This document shows, in pieces, positions 13,896-26,054 of a stretch of DNA of 64,000 bases. The notes beneath the pieces were generated by a model that was given only the letters and a program-made list of their open reading frames with translations, was not told the origin of the DNA and ran no database searches. The first letter of the stretch is position 1; the number at the start of each line of letters is the position of its first letter. The translations under genes and the position numbers were made by a program. Origin of the DNA: Marsupella aquatica (Eukaryota > Plantae > Marchantiophyta). The stretch covers positions 4,839,181 to 4,903,180 of the forward strand of contig OZ316895.1 in NCBI GenBank assembly GCA_973895155.1. Reading direction: 5' to 3'.

Positions 13896-15184
13896 AAGGG
13901 GTTACAACCATGGTCATGGGTTAATGATTGACACCCCCCCCCAAAAAAAAAAATCCCCAAAAGTGTAATTTGCTCTATTTCCACATGAAAATTTTGAATT
14001 GGATAACCCTTGAGACAGGCTAACCACCGGGACCAAAATCTAGTAACCCCCAGGCCAGGCTCACAAGGGGGTTATGACTCATAACCATCCATAGAAATCA
14101 GAAAGTATAATAAAGGGTTGCGCCCTTGTTTCCCGTGGTCGTCATTTGAATTTAGCGGGTGCAAAAACTTGAAACGGAATAAGGAGGAAGCAATAAGAGG
14201 AAAAACTCCCCTCCCACTATGCCTTCCTCGGCCCCTGCAAATGCTGCCACAGAATACCGCGCTGCGACCCAGGCGTAGCCGCCCCTCGGCCACAACCCAG
14301 CCGCAGCCACGCCCCGACTTCCCTCTGGCGCGACCCCTGACGCGCGACCACTGCCATGCACCCTCGCCACGGCTGCCTTGCCTGTTGCACCTCACCTCTC
14401 CCGCACTCCCTCCCCGGCCCCCTCGACCCGGCCACGACGCCCTCCCTGCCTGCCGCGATGCCTCCCTCGCTCCCGCGCAAGGACCAGCCTGCCTCGACCC
14501 GACCCCGCCCTCCTTGACGCCCAAGGGAGAGGGATTGACGAGGGAGAGGGGTCAACCAGAGAGAGGGTGCAATGAGGACAACGGAGTGACGACAACCCCG
14601 GCGGCAACAAGTGGGAGCGATGTTAAGAGGGAGTGGTGATAAGAGGGGGCGGCGACAACAACGACACCGGAGACGACTCTGGCCCTCGCCTGGACCCAAC
14701 AAGACAGCAAGGGAGAGCAATGACGAGACTTATGAGGGAGCCACGACAAGAAGAGCGACGATGATGACTGTAAAGGCGACCCTAGCCCTCGCCTGGACCC
14801 AACATCTCGGGGTGGAATGAAACCCCAGGGAACCATTTTCCAACCCTAACTCTCTCTTTTTGCCCAGGGTTCCAACTCCCCGACAAGCCATTGGCTCCCA
14901 CTATGTCTTGCCACTCTGTTTACAACAGGAAAACGCTTGGGTTGGGGGCCAAAACATCAGGACCAAATGTGGTCCTGGGTGACAGGTCCCAAAAGCATAT
15001 ATGAGGGGACCATCCCCAGAAGCATGTATGAGGGGATCACCTCCTCTCAAACATCCAATGTTGGAAAGTTACACAAGCCACACCACCACCCCAATGGGGA
15101 ATGGCGTTGGCAAGCAAGGAGGCGAGTAAACATGGATGAGGTTACCAAAGGGATTCCATGTGAGGGGTAGGAAATTTGTGCCGC

Positions 15185-15745
15185 TGAAAAGTCAGCCAAG
15201 CCGTGCCGTTACCCCAAGGCGTCTCGGCATTGGGGCGACCAAAGCCAAGCAAGCGGCCGCAACGACTTTAACTTAAATGCTTAAATAACCAAAACTTTGG
15301 GGTTACCAATGGGGTTGGGGATGCAAGGGGTACGAAAAAGGCCCATTGGAAATCGGCCAAGCCATGGCGTTGTCCCAAGGGGTCTCGGCATTGGGGCGCC
15401 AAAGCCAAGTAAGCAGCTGTGATGACTTTAAGACAATTGAAAAGTTTAAAGTCACCAAAACTTTGGGGTTACCAATGGGGCCGATTCCTGAATGCAAGGA
15501 GTGGCAAAATGTTTTGTTGAAAATCGGCCAAGCCGTGTGGTTGCCCCAAGGGGTCTTGGCATTGGGGCAGCCAAAGCCAAGTAAGCGGCTGCGACGACTT
15601 TAAGTTAAAAAGTTTAAAGTCACCAAAACTTTGGGGTTACCAATGGGGCCGATTCCTGGATGCAAGGAGTGGCAAAATGTTTTGTTGAAAATCAGCCAAG
15701 CTGTGTGGTTGCTCCAAGGGGTCTCAACAGCCAAAGCCAAGTAAA
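15185..15745. repeat. Tandem array of a ~168-171-bp unit, about 3.4 copies
   Basis: aaatc(g/a)gccaagc recurs at 15350, 15521 and 15689; units share cccaaggggtct..gcattgggg..ccaaagccaagtaagc...accaaaactttggggttaccaatgggg. Confidence 0.85.
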
Positions 15746-15799
15746 CAAACATGGGTTAATTTAGGGGCAAGAGGCACAACTCCTAGAAGTTTACCTCCA

Positions 15800-16000
15800 T
15801 TGGCCGGCACAACATCTTTTTTCTCCACGACCTCTTGGGCGACACAACATATTTTCTCTCAACAACATCTTGGCCGACACAACATCTTTTCTCTCAAAGA
15901 CCTCTTGGCCGACACAACATGTTTTTTCTCAACGATCTTTTGGCTGACACGACATCTTTTTTTCTCAACGACATCTTGTCCTACACGACTTCTTTTGTGC
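15800..16000. repeat. Minisatellite of a ~36-bp unit (ttggccgacacaacatcttttttctcaacgacctc)
   Basis: About five degenerate copies; a related array is in reverse orientation at ~46620-46930. Confidence 0.75.
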
Positions 16001-16329
16001 AATGCACAAGTATTGAGGTAGTACTAAGACAAAACTATAGGAGGCATTTAGTGAGGTCATCAACACTGGGCCATGAAAAAGGTGCTGCTGGCACCCTGAG
16101 TACAAAAGTCCCTCGATAGGTTTGGATAGTAAGCAGGCATAATGCTTACGGGTCACCCTAGCCCCAACCCACAAAAGTTGTTATCAGGATTTTCCTGCAA
16201 TAGCTTGTGATAAAGTTAGTACATCTGTTGTGTCAATGCAAACATTCTATGGCAATAAAGGGAGGAAGGGAAAACAAGGGGGAAACCAAAAAGGCCAAAC
16301 AACTAGTAAGTAACTCCACATCAAAATAT

Positions 16330-16673
16330 TGTTGAGCATAGACGACATTCGTAACAGCAAGCCCATGAACCATCCAACGCACAATAGTCTACACAGAGAG
16401 ATACGTGGTTCACCTCCACATGAGGCTACGTCCACGAGAACACACAAGAGCTTTATTGCACTCTAGGCCGACCGGCCATACCAAGCATCCACAGCACAAG
16501 CTCTCCCTATCTCTCAACTAGCTCCGTAACAATGAGCCTAAGTTCCACCAGGGTCTAGCATCAGCCCTGGCTATATGCACACTAGCACAACCGCTAACAT
16601 TAGCTAAGTCCTAACCCAAGTTAGACTAACTATGGTTAGCTCATGAGTCACAAGACTAGAACAATATCTAACA
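16330..16673 (-). repeat. 3' LTR of the copia element
   Basis: TGTTGAGCATAG...ATATCTAACA; adjacent polypurine tract AAGGGGGAGTT on the minus strand at ~16674-16684. Confidence 0.95.
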
Positions 16674-16863
16674 AACTCCCCCTTGACTCTCGTCTCGGTG
16701 ACTAGACTAAATGCAACCATATGGAATCCTCAGCGGGAAATTCTAGACAATCACCAAACCAAGTCTCCCCCTAAAAACCACAAGGGTTAACTAAGCCGTA
16801 GCCTAACAGGAATGAGTAATCCATATACAAATAGTCACACATTGCTAAATAACTCTACTTGCA

Positions 16864-19597
16864 CTACAATTGCAAAACCTGCAAAGTAGCACGGTGCCTT
16901 GAGAAACTCTCCAAAGGAATCACTTTGGTAAAGGCATCAGCGGGATTGAGCTTTCCATCAATCTTGACTAGCTCAAAAGTTTTATCAGACACTGCTTGCC
17001 TGATAAAATGGTACCTGATATCAATGTGCTTCACCCTGCTATCCATCACCTGGTTAGCAGCCAAGTGAAGAGCACTCTGACTATCACAGTTTAGAGTCAT
17101 TTTGCCATGCTCTAAACCCATTTCCGCGATCAGCTTGTCCAACCAAATTGCTTCCTTTGTTGCTTCTGCTGCTGCAACATACTCTGCTTCTGTAGTAGAC
17201 TGAGATATGCACTTCTGCAAGGTAGATTTCTAACTGATACATCCTCCTCCAAGAGTGTATACAAACCCAGTTGTAGACCTCCTTGTATCCAGACAGCCTC
17301 CATAGTCAGAATCTACATAGCCAACTAATGTTCTATCTGATCTGTTATCAAATAGTAATCCATAGTCCTGTGTACCCTTGAGATACCTGTGAATCCATTT
17401 CACAGCTTCCCAATGTACCTTCCCTAGATTTGACATGAATCTGCTAACCTTGCCCATCGCTAGGGCCAAGTCAGACCTAGTACAAGTCATCAAATACATC
17501 AGACTGCCTACTGCCTTCTCATAAGGAATCTTAGTCATCAGACCTTTCTCCACAGCATCCGTAGGAGAGAAAGCCGATGATAACTTGAAATGTGAAGCTA
17601 AAGGAATACTCACTGGCTTAAAGTTCTCCATGTTGAATAGTGCAAGTACTTTCCTCGCATACTGGCCTTGACTCAAGCACAACTGTCCAGTCTCAGAGTT
17701 CCTAAAAATCTCCATCCCTAAGATCCTCTTGGCCTTACCAAGATCCTTCATCCTGAATTCAACACTCAATTTTGCCTTGAGACTGTCAACCTCAGATTGA
17801 TCTTTAGCCACAATCAGCATGTCATCAACATAAATAACCAGAATGATGAAACCAAACACATCATTCTTGACTGATTTTGTATACACACAAATATTATACA
17901 CCATCCTTGTAAAACCTTGAGCAAGCATGAAATCATCAAACCGCTTGTTCCACTGTCTGGGAGACTGCTTCAATCCATAGAAGGACTTGAGCAATCTGCA
18001 AACTAAGTTCTCTTGGCCCTTCTTCATAAAGCCTAGTGGCTGTCTCATGAAGATCAACTCTTCCAAGAGGCCATAGAGAAAAGCAGTAACAACATCCATC
18101 TGATCCATCACCAGACCAAAAAACACAACAAGCTGACACAAGATCCAAATTGTGGAATACTTAGCCACCGGTGAAAAGACCTCATTGTAGTCCACTCCTT
18201 TCTCCTGAGTGAACCCCTTGGCAACAAGCCTTGCCTTGTAGATCTTATCTCCACCCTCTGAAGGACTGTCCTTCAACTTGTAAATCCACTTGTTGTCCAC
18301 CACTTGCTGACCTCTTGGAAGCTCCACCAACTCCCATGTCTTGTTGTCACTCAAAGATTGCAACTCCCTCTGCATTGCTGCATTCCACTCATGCTTCTGC
18401 TCTGAAGCACAAGCCTCACTGTACAAAGAAGGCTCTCCTTCTTCCAAGATCAAAGCCATGTCATCATCATCAGGTGCAATATCAATATCATCTAGCTTAG
18501 ATAAGTCTGCCCATTGACCATACCTGGTAGGAGCTCTAATAGAACAACTGGAAGTTCTTCTAGTAGATGACTTAGGCTGATTAGCTGTTGCTGCTGGCTG
18601 AATTTGAGGTACCCCAGCAACAATCTGCTCCTCTTGTTCCATTACACGAACCAGCTCCAAGCCCGGAGCTTCTCCATCTCTCCTATCATGAACAGCATCA
18701 TGACTAATCTCCCCCTCAACCCGGTCTAGGATGAGAGATTTCCCCTTGTCAGTATGGGAGTCCTGAGAACTCTCCCCCTCCTTTGATGATCTGGATTCAT
18801 TAAAGGACACATCTCTACTGACAATTAACTTACAGGTTACTGGATCCCATAACCTATAACCCTTCACACCTTTCTGATAGCCAAGGAAAATGCACTTTTT
18901 CGACTTGGACTCCAGCTTGGATCAAAGCTGGGAAGGTGTAAGCACATAAGTATCACATCCAAAAATCCTCAGATGTGAGTAATTTGTTGGACGCCCGTAC
19001 CTCATTTCAAATGGCGTCTTGAATCCAATAGAACTGGATGGAGAAAATTTTACCAAATAAGCTGCAGTGTTGACAGCTTCAGCCCAAAACTCATGTGGTA
19101 AGCATGATTGACTCAACATACTCCTTGAGCGATCCAATAATGTTTGGTTGAGTCTCTCAGAAACACCATTCTGCTGAGGAGTATAACTTGTTGTGAGATG
19201 ACGGGTAATCCCTTGCTCTTTACAATACATTCTAAATTCCCTGGAACTATATTCACCGCCGTTATCCGATCGAAGATATCTCACCTTATTACCAGTCTGA
19301 TTCTCTACTTGGGCTTTCCACTCCTTAAAAGTGACAAAAATATCAGACTTATTGTGTACAAAGTATATCCACACATACCTTGAGTAATCGTCTATGAACG
19401 TGACATAGTATAACCGTCCAGAATGTGAGGGAGTAGGGGCTGGACCCCACACATCATTATGTACATACTCAAGTACCTCCTTGCTGGTGTGAGTTCCAAC
19501 TCCGAAGGATTTCCTGTGCTGCTTTCCTAGCACACAGTGCTCACAAAATTCCAACTTACAAGATTGCAAATTAGAAAGTATCCTTTCTTCTGAAGAA
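16864..19597 (-). pseudogene. Copia pol (integrase, reverse transcriptase, RNase H) with premature stop and frameshift
   Basis: CEHCVLGKQ, FIDDYSR, LRSDNGGEY, PQQNGVSER; KARLVAKGFTQ, YVDDML, YVDSDY; STTEAEY, KHIDIRYHFIR. TAG replaces Trp at 17230; frame break near 18920. Confidence 0.95.
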
Positions 19598-20089
19598 CTC
19601 GGGGGTCTCACTATATGGAGGACCCCCCATCACCTGCGACGTTTTCATGCCTAGACCCCCATACTTATTAAGTTGAAATTTTTTTTTCCTCCCTCTTTCT
19701 TTCTTCTAAGAGTCTAAAATCCAAATTGTATTGCCCCTATAATTTGTGAAGTAAAGTGTCACATGTCAATATAAAATGCCTAGAAAGAAAAGATAAGTCT
19801 ATGTCAGTACCTTGTGAAGTCGTATGTCAGACATGGCACGCCCTGCAACAGTTCTTGCACCTTCATGGCACGCCCTGCAACAGTTCTTGCACCTTTGTCG
19901 ACCTTAAACTTTGATCATTTCAATGCATCATTTATATTGTGTACCTAAAAGGTCATCCCAATATAAACCTTACGTGCATAAGTGGGATGGCCTTTAAGGT
20001 CACAACATAAATAATCCATTCCACCCATTGATCACCAATCCCATGCTCCATCCATACTCCATTTAAAACTTATGTTGAGAGATGTAACA

Positions 20090-20149
20090 TGTGACGGAGG
20101 GGAATTGAACCCCTAATTGAGAAAGGATCTCAAGTTGCCAATCCGTCAC
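20090..20149 (-). ncRNA. 60-nt tRNA-like structure lacking a D-arm (mascRNA/t-element-like)
   Basis: GTGACGG-ATTGGCAAC-TTGAG-ATCCTTT-CTCAA-TT-AGGGG-TTCAATT-CCCCT-CCGTCAC-A: 7-bp acceptor, 5-bp anticodon-like and 5-bp T stems, all Watson-Crick, with a canonical T-loop. Expression unknown. Confidence 0.65.
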
Positions 20150-20235
20150 CCCCTATCCTATCCCACTACACCCACTAATATTAACAAAATAAAACATATA
20201 TACAGACTCTCAAAAACTAAACAGTAACATGATAT

Positions 20236-23200
20236 TCATACCATTGTTTGAAGATACTGATCCAAAGCACGTCTATCTATTGGATCCAACACATAGATAC
20301 GATCCATAACCCCTTCTTTCATGGTTAAACTAACACTAGCAATGACCATTTCAATATCCATCCATTTCAAATCAGTGGTATCATATCTGAATTCACTTTT
20401 GCTCTTACCAATAGGACTATACCAATTTAACAACAGTTCACAAATGTTACCTGATTGCCCTGCAAGTGGAGTTGGCCTATCCATCAAATCAATTGGTGAC
20501 CGACAATTGCCCCACCTACTGCCATACTTCTGTCTCATTTGGACAATCCGACCCAACCAAAAATATTTCTTACCTGCTGAGATTGCCTCCACCACAACCT
20601 TATTCTTTCCTCCCTTTCTTTTTCCAGATCTAGTACTTGGAGCAGGACTATCATCAGACTCAAATGCAATTGCACAATCAGTGCCAACATCAACAAAACA
20701 TGAGTTAGGATTGACTTCTTGCACTTTTCTCTTGCCAGTACTATAGTATAGCACTTGTTTCACCCTTGTCAGCCTATCTTTTGACAAATGCGGATTTCCT
20801 ACCAACTGGCTTACCAGAGTGGATTTGTAAATCACCTTGCCTTCATAAGTAACAGTAGGCACTACCTTGGTACGATTCTGTACATTAGTTACAGCATGGA
20901 CAACTGATCCAAACACATGCCGAACTTCATGACCTAATGTCTCAAGCTCATCTGAGGGGTCTACATCAAACTGTATATCATCTCTGTGTACATCATCTGA
21001 ATGCATCTCAGGAACAACAATGGGATCTGGTTCTGTTAACCATGCATCTATTCTATTCAGATCATCCTCAGGATCTTCCAATTCATGAAAATCTCCAGTT
21101 GGGCGAGGACCTATGTCTGGTGGTTGGTGCTCTACTTGCTCCTCAGAATCATTGCAAACAATTGCTTCCTTCAGAACCACCTCTAGTGGCCAGGTCTCAC
21201 TTTCCACAACCCAAGGACATGTCCACCATCTCTTTCTAGCTGCTGGTAAGGAACTTCGTGGAGACATCTGCAATTGATGCATAAGATCCTTAGCAGCAAC
21301 AAAACCTTCTTTAAGGGCTGCAACCACTAATTCATTAGTCTCAATGAGAGAATAGTCAAGTAGATTTGGTGCTTCCTCCCCTTCCCCTATAGGATGAATC
21401 TTCCCCCATACATGATCTTGTTTCTTATGTGAACGACCTATCTTCAAGCCTTCTGGTCCATATTCTAGGGCAGCAAGCCGGTTCAGTCCAACAGCACTAT
21501 CCAACAGAGAGCCAAAATCATAATTCCGCTCATGGCCACTCATGCCTCCTACCTTGCTGAAGAAAATCTCACAACAATCTGAACCTAGCAAGTGGAAGGG
21601 AACACCTAGATGTGGGAACTTATCTCGAAAGGCACAAATTAACAGCACAATGAAATGACATGACATGTTAACATCATGAAAAGCCTGAATAGACATCATG
21701 TCTTTCTCAGTGTGTGCTGCAAAGTTCCCACCCACTGAATGGTCACCAAACCTCAACCACAATCTCCACAAACGTAGAAAGAATGAAACCTTGGATGCTA
21801 ACACAATACGGGACCTCAAATCATGAACTGGAGAAAAGAAAATATCTAAGTAATCTGCACAAATCTCCAAGTACAACTGAGTTCCTAAACTTCGTTCATG
21901 TTGTACATCTCTCCTCTCATACATATCTTTCAGACATTGTTGCACTCTTCTTGCTGCTATTCGTTGTGGACCTGCCCAATTCTGCCGGTCAGTCCTATTC
22001 ACATCATCCCAAGCCATGCCATGTTCATGAATTGGATAATGATTGTAGACATTAGCTACATAAGATAAAGATGCATGTTGATCTCCTAGCACCAGTAAAG
22101 AAGACACTCTGTCTAAGGGGTTTATCATCTTTTTCCCATTATGAGGTTGGTCTTGGTCACCAAAGCCATACAAATCTCCATTTGGTAGAATTGAAACAGA
22201 GTATGTCCACCCTTCCCACCCAACTCCATACCTTGGGTATGATCCATTCTGCCCTCTGTAATCTTCCAGCATCAGCTTTCGGCGACGTGCATCACCATCA
22301 CTAGCATGTCCAAGCAAAGGGCCTACCATAGCTCTACAATATTCATCCCAAAAAGCCTTTAACTGGACCCAATGCTCTCGTACCCAAGAAGCTGTGAACT
22401 TATTACAAGTTGGAAGTGCACACACAGCCAATTTAGGTAAGGACTCATGCAGAGGATTCACAATCACAACTCGGGCATACATGCACTTGGGGCATTGTTC
22501 AAATGTACTTACAATTTTATCATACCCCTCATCACCTTCACCAACTAGAATTTCCAAACCATAGGAGCATACATGCTGCTCTGAAGGTCCACAGAAACCA
22601 ATGAGAGTATCATACTTTGCCTCCCACCTGAAACACAGACATGCAATTTTTCAATATCACAGCAATTCCAGCCAAGTGCTACTTGTAAAGTCATTAAAAA
22701 AACAATTGGAAAAATGTCCAGTTCCAATTACCTAGGGCGTTCTTTGATCCTTGTTTCATCCTCAGCAAAGATAACAGGCACATCCCCCTCAATGCCCAAT
22801 GAGTGCTTTGCAACAGACAACACTCTAGCAATCTCCTGAAAGGTTTCCTTCCGTAACCCGGTTCGAAAAGGTGTGAGTTTTGCTCTATCACGTTTTAGGG
22901 TCACAAGGCTAGGGGCTATCAAGTTTCGTGCAAAACAATGAGCAACTTGACGGCCCCCAAATTGGAACATAGCCTGAGCAATAGCTCGAGTCCTATTACT
23001 GTAACGATTACCTTTTGGCTTCCTGCCTAAATTGCGAGCTACATCCTTCAAGAAATCCCACAAACCCTCCTTACCACCAAATGCACCATTCCTGTGTCCA
23101 TTCAAAATACTCCTAAGAAACAATCTCAAATCCTTCCTGTCTGCTGCAACTCCTAACAACTCCTCTAGTTTTCGTTTCCTGGTGCTCAAGGCACATACTT

Positions 23201-24804
23201 TCTGAGCCTGCAAAGCTAACAACCAACGCTCTTTTCGTCGCACAGAGTTCAGGTTGTGCACTTGATCTCTTAACTCTGTGTTGGTCAAATAATCCAAACG
23301 TATACCACCAGCAGTGGTTCGGCTCCCTCTGTGGACTACTGCTTCCGCTTCCCTGTGCACCCGTCCACGAAAATCATCTTCTAGTGTTATAGAATCACAT
23401 TCACTACAAGTTAGATTTTCAAATCCTCCTCCATTCTGTGATAACCTCAAGCAATCCTTGTGTCTAAAACAGCCTGCTATACTCACAACACTCTCTCTAC
23501 TTGGATGGAAAACATCCAAGCAACAACTTGGCTCACAATGCCATGTAATTCCCCCAGACTGATCATCTAAAATGCCAGAAATATATACCCTTCCATAACA
23601 GTCGAGGCACACCTCTCTCTACCCATAATCCCCAGCAAAGCAAACTCAGACCAAGATCAACAGATTCACACACACCTAAACCTGAACCTGAACTGCTGCC
23701 TGTCCGGGACCCATCATCTTTAAAGAACTTCAAAATCCCGCTCTGACCAGGATGTAGGTCCCTAGAATCAGTCCTCTTTGGCCTGCCCCTCTTCCCAGAC
23801 CTCAAGGCAAGCATTTTTGTGTCATGCCTAGTCTCCAATGCATCCAAGTGATCTCGACTCACTAAGTGTGTCCTCAAATTGGGCTCCAAGGTAAGCTTCT
23901 TGGGGCACAAGTCAGTGTGAAGCATTCCACAGACAGTACAGCGAACCTTAAACAGGAAAGACCTGTTTACATACTCAGGAGTACTGGGATCAGGAACAAT
24001 AGAGAATAGTTTGCCATCATCCCCAAGCTCAGCATTCAATCGCTGAACTATCTCAACACCTACTTTGATGGCGTCTGCATGATCATATTCTGGCTTCTCA
24101 GAGATGTCTGCTACCTGAACCAAAGTAGAAGGAATGCCCCTTCTCCGACAATAGTTATCCTTATGCTTATTGAAGACCAAGTGTTTGGTCTTAAAATTAC
24201 TAAAGCAATTGGAGATGGATTTAGGGTTCTGAGAGTTGTCTGCATTGCCATAAGTTTCCCTACATTCAAGACACTCCAGATGCCCTCGAACATCTGTCCC
24301 CTCATCCCAGGTATGAATTCTCCAATTGTGATCACCATAACCCTTCTTATGTACCCATTTCTCTAACCTCATCCACTCATCTTTCCATAGCTTTGATGGG
24401 ACATCTCCCATCAATTGTGACTCAAAAGAAGCCCTTACAGGGGAGGGTGCTAGTGCTGTTGGCCTCAGTTGTGGTGTCTCAGTATTTGGACCCAATGATG
24501 CAGGAGTGCAAGGATGACAGGGTACTGGTGGGATCCTCCCACCATCTCCAAGTTCTTGTTGTACAACAATAACTCTTCCATCCAGCTCAGACAGATCAAT
24601 TAATTTCTCATGTACAAGTTTCACTCGACCAGGAAGTCTCTCATCCCAAAAATCGAAGTCAAAGTCTAGAGTAGAGGCAATACGAGCCCTAAAATCATGT
24701 AGGGTGTGTCCTTCTTTGAATGACAAAACACAGATTGGTAAATCAGCCTTGTCATCCCCAACTTTGCGTATTAATTTAACAGAGTTGGGTTTAGGGGCTG
24801 CCAT
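20236..24804 (-). CDS. Large (~1480 aa) P-like DDE transposase with N-terminal zinc fingers and AT-hook; one intron (22628-22731) and one apparent frameshift near 23600
   Basis: Spliced FAEDETRIKERPR|WEAKYDTLIGFCG, GHASDGD, DQPHNGKKMIN (DxxH), DRQN, SDCCEIFFS. N-terminal CLEC..H..H, CTVC..H..H and KRGRPK. Confidence 0.7.
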
Positions 24805-25304
24805 TGCAATACAAATCTAGAACATGCATAGCACCATTGCTTTTGGAGTCGATAACAGAAAGACCTGCACAAATACATTTGAAATACACACAAGGGAAAC
24901 ACATTAGGATCTTCAAGAGATGCAATGACAACATACACATTCTCATGTCAGTAATGTACATAATGTCAGCATACATTTAACAATAGAAGTGCTAATAGGC
25001 CAAAACACTTTATAATGCAATCCATCATACATGCAAATGTATTCAATGAAAATCATGATATACCGTTAAAGTTGGATAAAATATCTTTAGAAAAAATATC
25101 CTTTTTGCCTGGTTTTCTAACAATTCCCGAGGTTTAGTGCTTTTGCTCATCAAAATGCAGCACTATTAGTGACCGTAATTATGACAAAATGTCAACACTA
25201 ATAATAATTGGGTACTACCACCCATGATGCAGCTTAAGTATATGCCTTGCTCATACCCCACTAAGACGTTGAAACCTAAGTAATAGGTTTGTTCATTATT
25301 CAGA

Positions 25305-26054
25305 TCACTGGAGCCATGAAATGTGGTCCCTGATTGGAGTCTTCAGGTGTGGATCAATAGGATGACGGGGGCAATAAAACATCTGTCGCTGTTGTCCATG
25401 TGCTTCATGTTCCCAGATGTCCCTATCATGAGCAAACCCTTTGCTTTTGATCATCTGGAGACAATCTGTATGCCAGGCATTTGGACATCGTAAACATTGT
25501 ACCATGTTCTTGACCATCTGACCCTCAAGACTCTGATAACATGTCACACATGTATGCAGTGGGCAGGACTTTGCAGCAGCTACCAAACACCCAAAGCAAT
25601 AAAATCGTACACAAAAATGATCAGAGCATTTTCGCACAATTGTAGGTGACGGTCCCACAGTGCGGCACCCATAACACATGGCCTGGTCCTGGTTACAATT
25701 TGGGCAAAACCATGGCTTCCCTCCATGATGGAGGGGAAGGACTACACAGGGGCAAGAGTCATTAGGGGCTTCATCTCCAACCACATAATGAAATTGCCTG
25801 TGACATGGCCCATCACAAATTACCAACTTCCCACCATGCTCACAAATTGCACAAACATGAGGGCTGGTTTGTAGAATCTCTTGCTCAGAGAACAAGGGAA
25901 TACACAATACCTCTTCTAAAGAGGACTGTGTTTCTTTCTTTATGTTTGAAGTCCTTGTCGGCATGGTTACAACTGAAATCATCACAAAGCACATCACATA
26001 TGAGAGGGACATGTATGATACTGGGCAATCCATAGAACTTGGAGAAATCCACAT
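25305..26054 (-). CDS. EDM2-like composite PHD zinc-finger protein (transposon cargo); true 5' end uncertain
   Basis: CAICEHGGKLVICDGPCHRQFH..CPNC..CYGC..CPLHTCVTC..CLRCPNAWHTDCL..YCPRHPIDPHLKTPIRDHISW follows the PHD region of plant EDM2 as I recall it, including the terminal H.ID..L.TP.RDH motif. Confidence 0.75.
   Translation of the reverse strand: MWISPSSMDCPVSYMSLSYVMCFVMISVVTMPTRTSNIKKETQSSLEEVLCIPLFSEQEILQTSPHVCAICEHGGKLVICDGPCHRQFHYVVGDEAPNDSCPCVVLPLHHGGKPWFCPNCNQDQAMCYGCRTVGPSPTIVRKCSDHFCVRFYCFGCLVAAAKSCPLHTCVTCYQSLEGQMVKNMVQCLRCPNAWHTDCLQMIKSKGFAHDRDIWEHEAHGQQRQMFYCPRHPIDPHLKTPIRDHISWLQ

Noticed and set aside
14072-14836. Overlapping ORFs in GC-rich DNA
   Set aside because: Low-complexity, open in several frames on both strands, no recognisable domain.
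15185-16000. Repeat arrays as CRISPR-like or coding
   Set aside because: Whole units are repeated, and the ORFs over them are repeat artefacts.
20090-20149. Functional tRNA-Arg(CCU) gene
   Set aside because: No D-arm, 2-nt variable region and a pyrimidine at position 37; reported as tRNA-like instead.
20150-20235. MALAT1-type triple helix upstream of the tRNA mimic
   Set aside because: U-rich tracts are present, but no A-rich tract precedes the cloverleaf.
25120-25160. Hammerhead ribozyme (TGATGAG..AAAC on the minus strand)
   Set aside because: Core lacks the required CUGANGA and GAAA and the matching stems.
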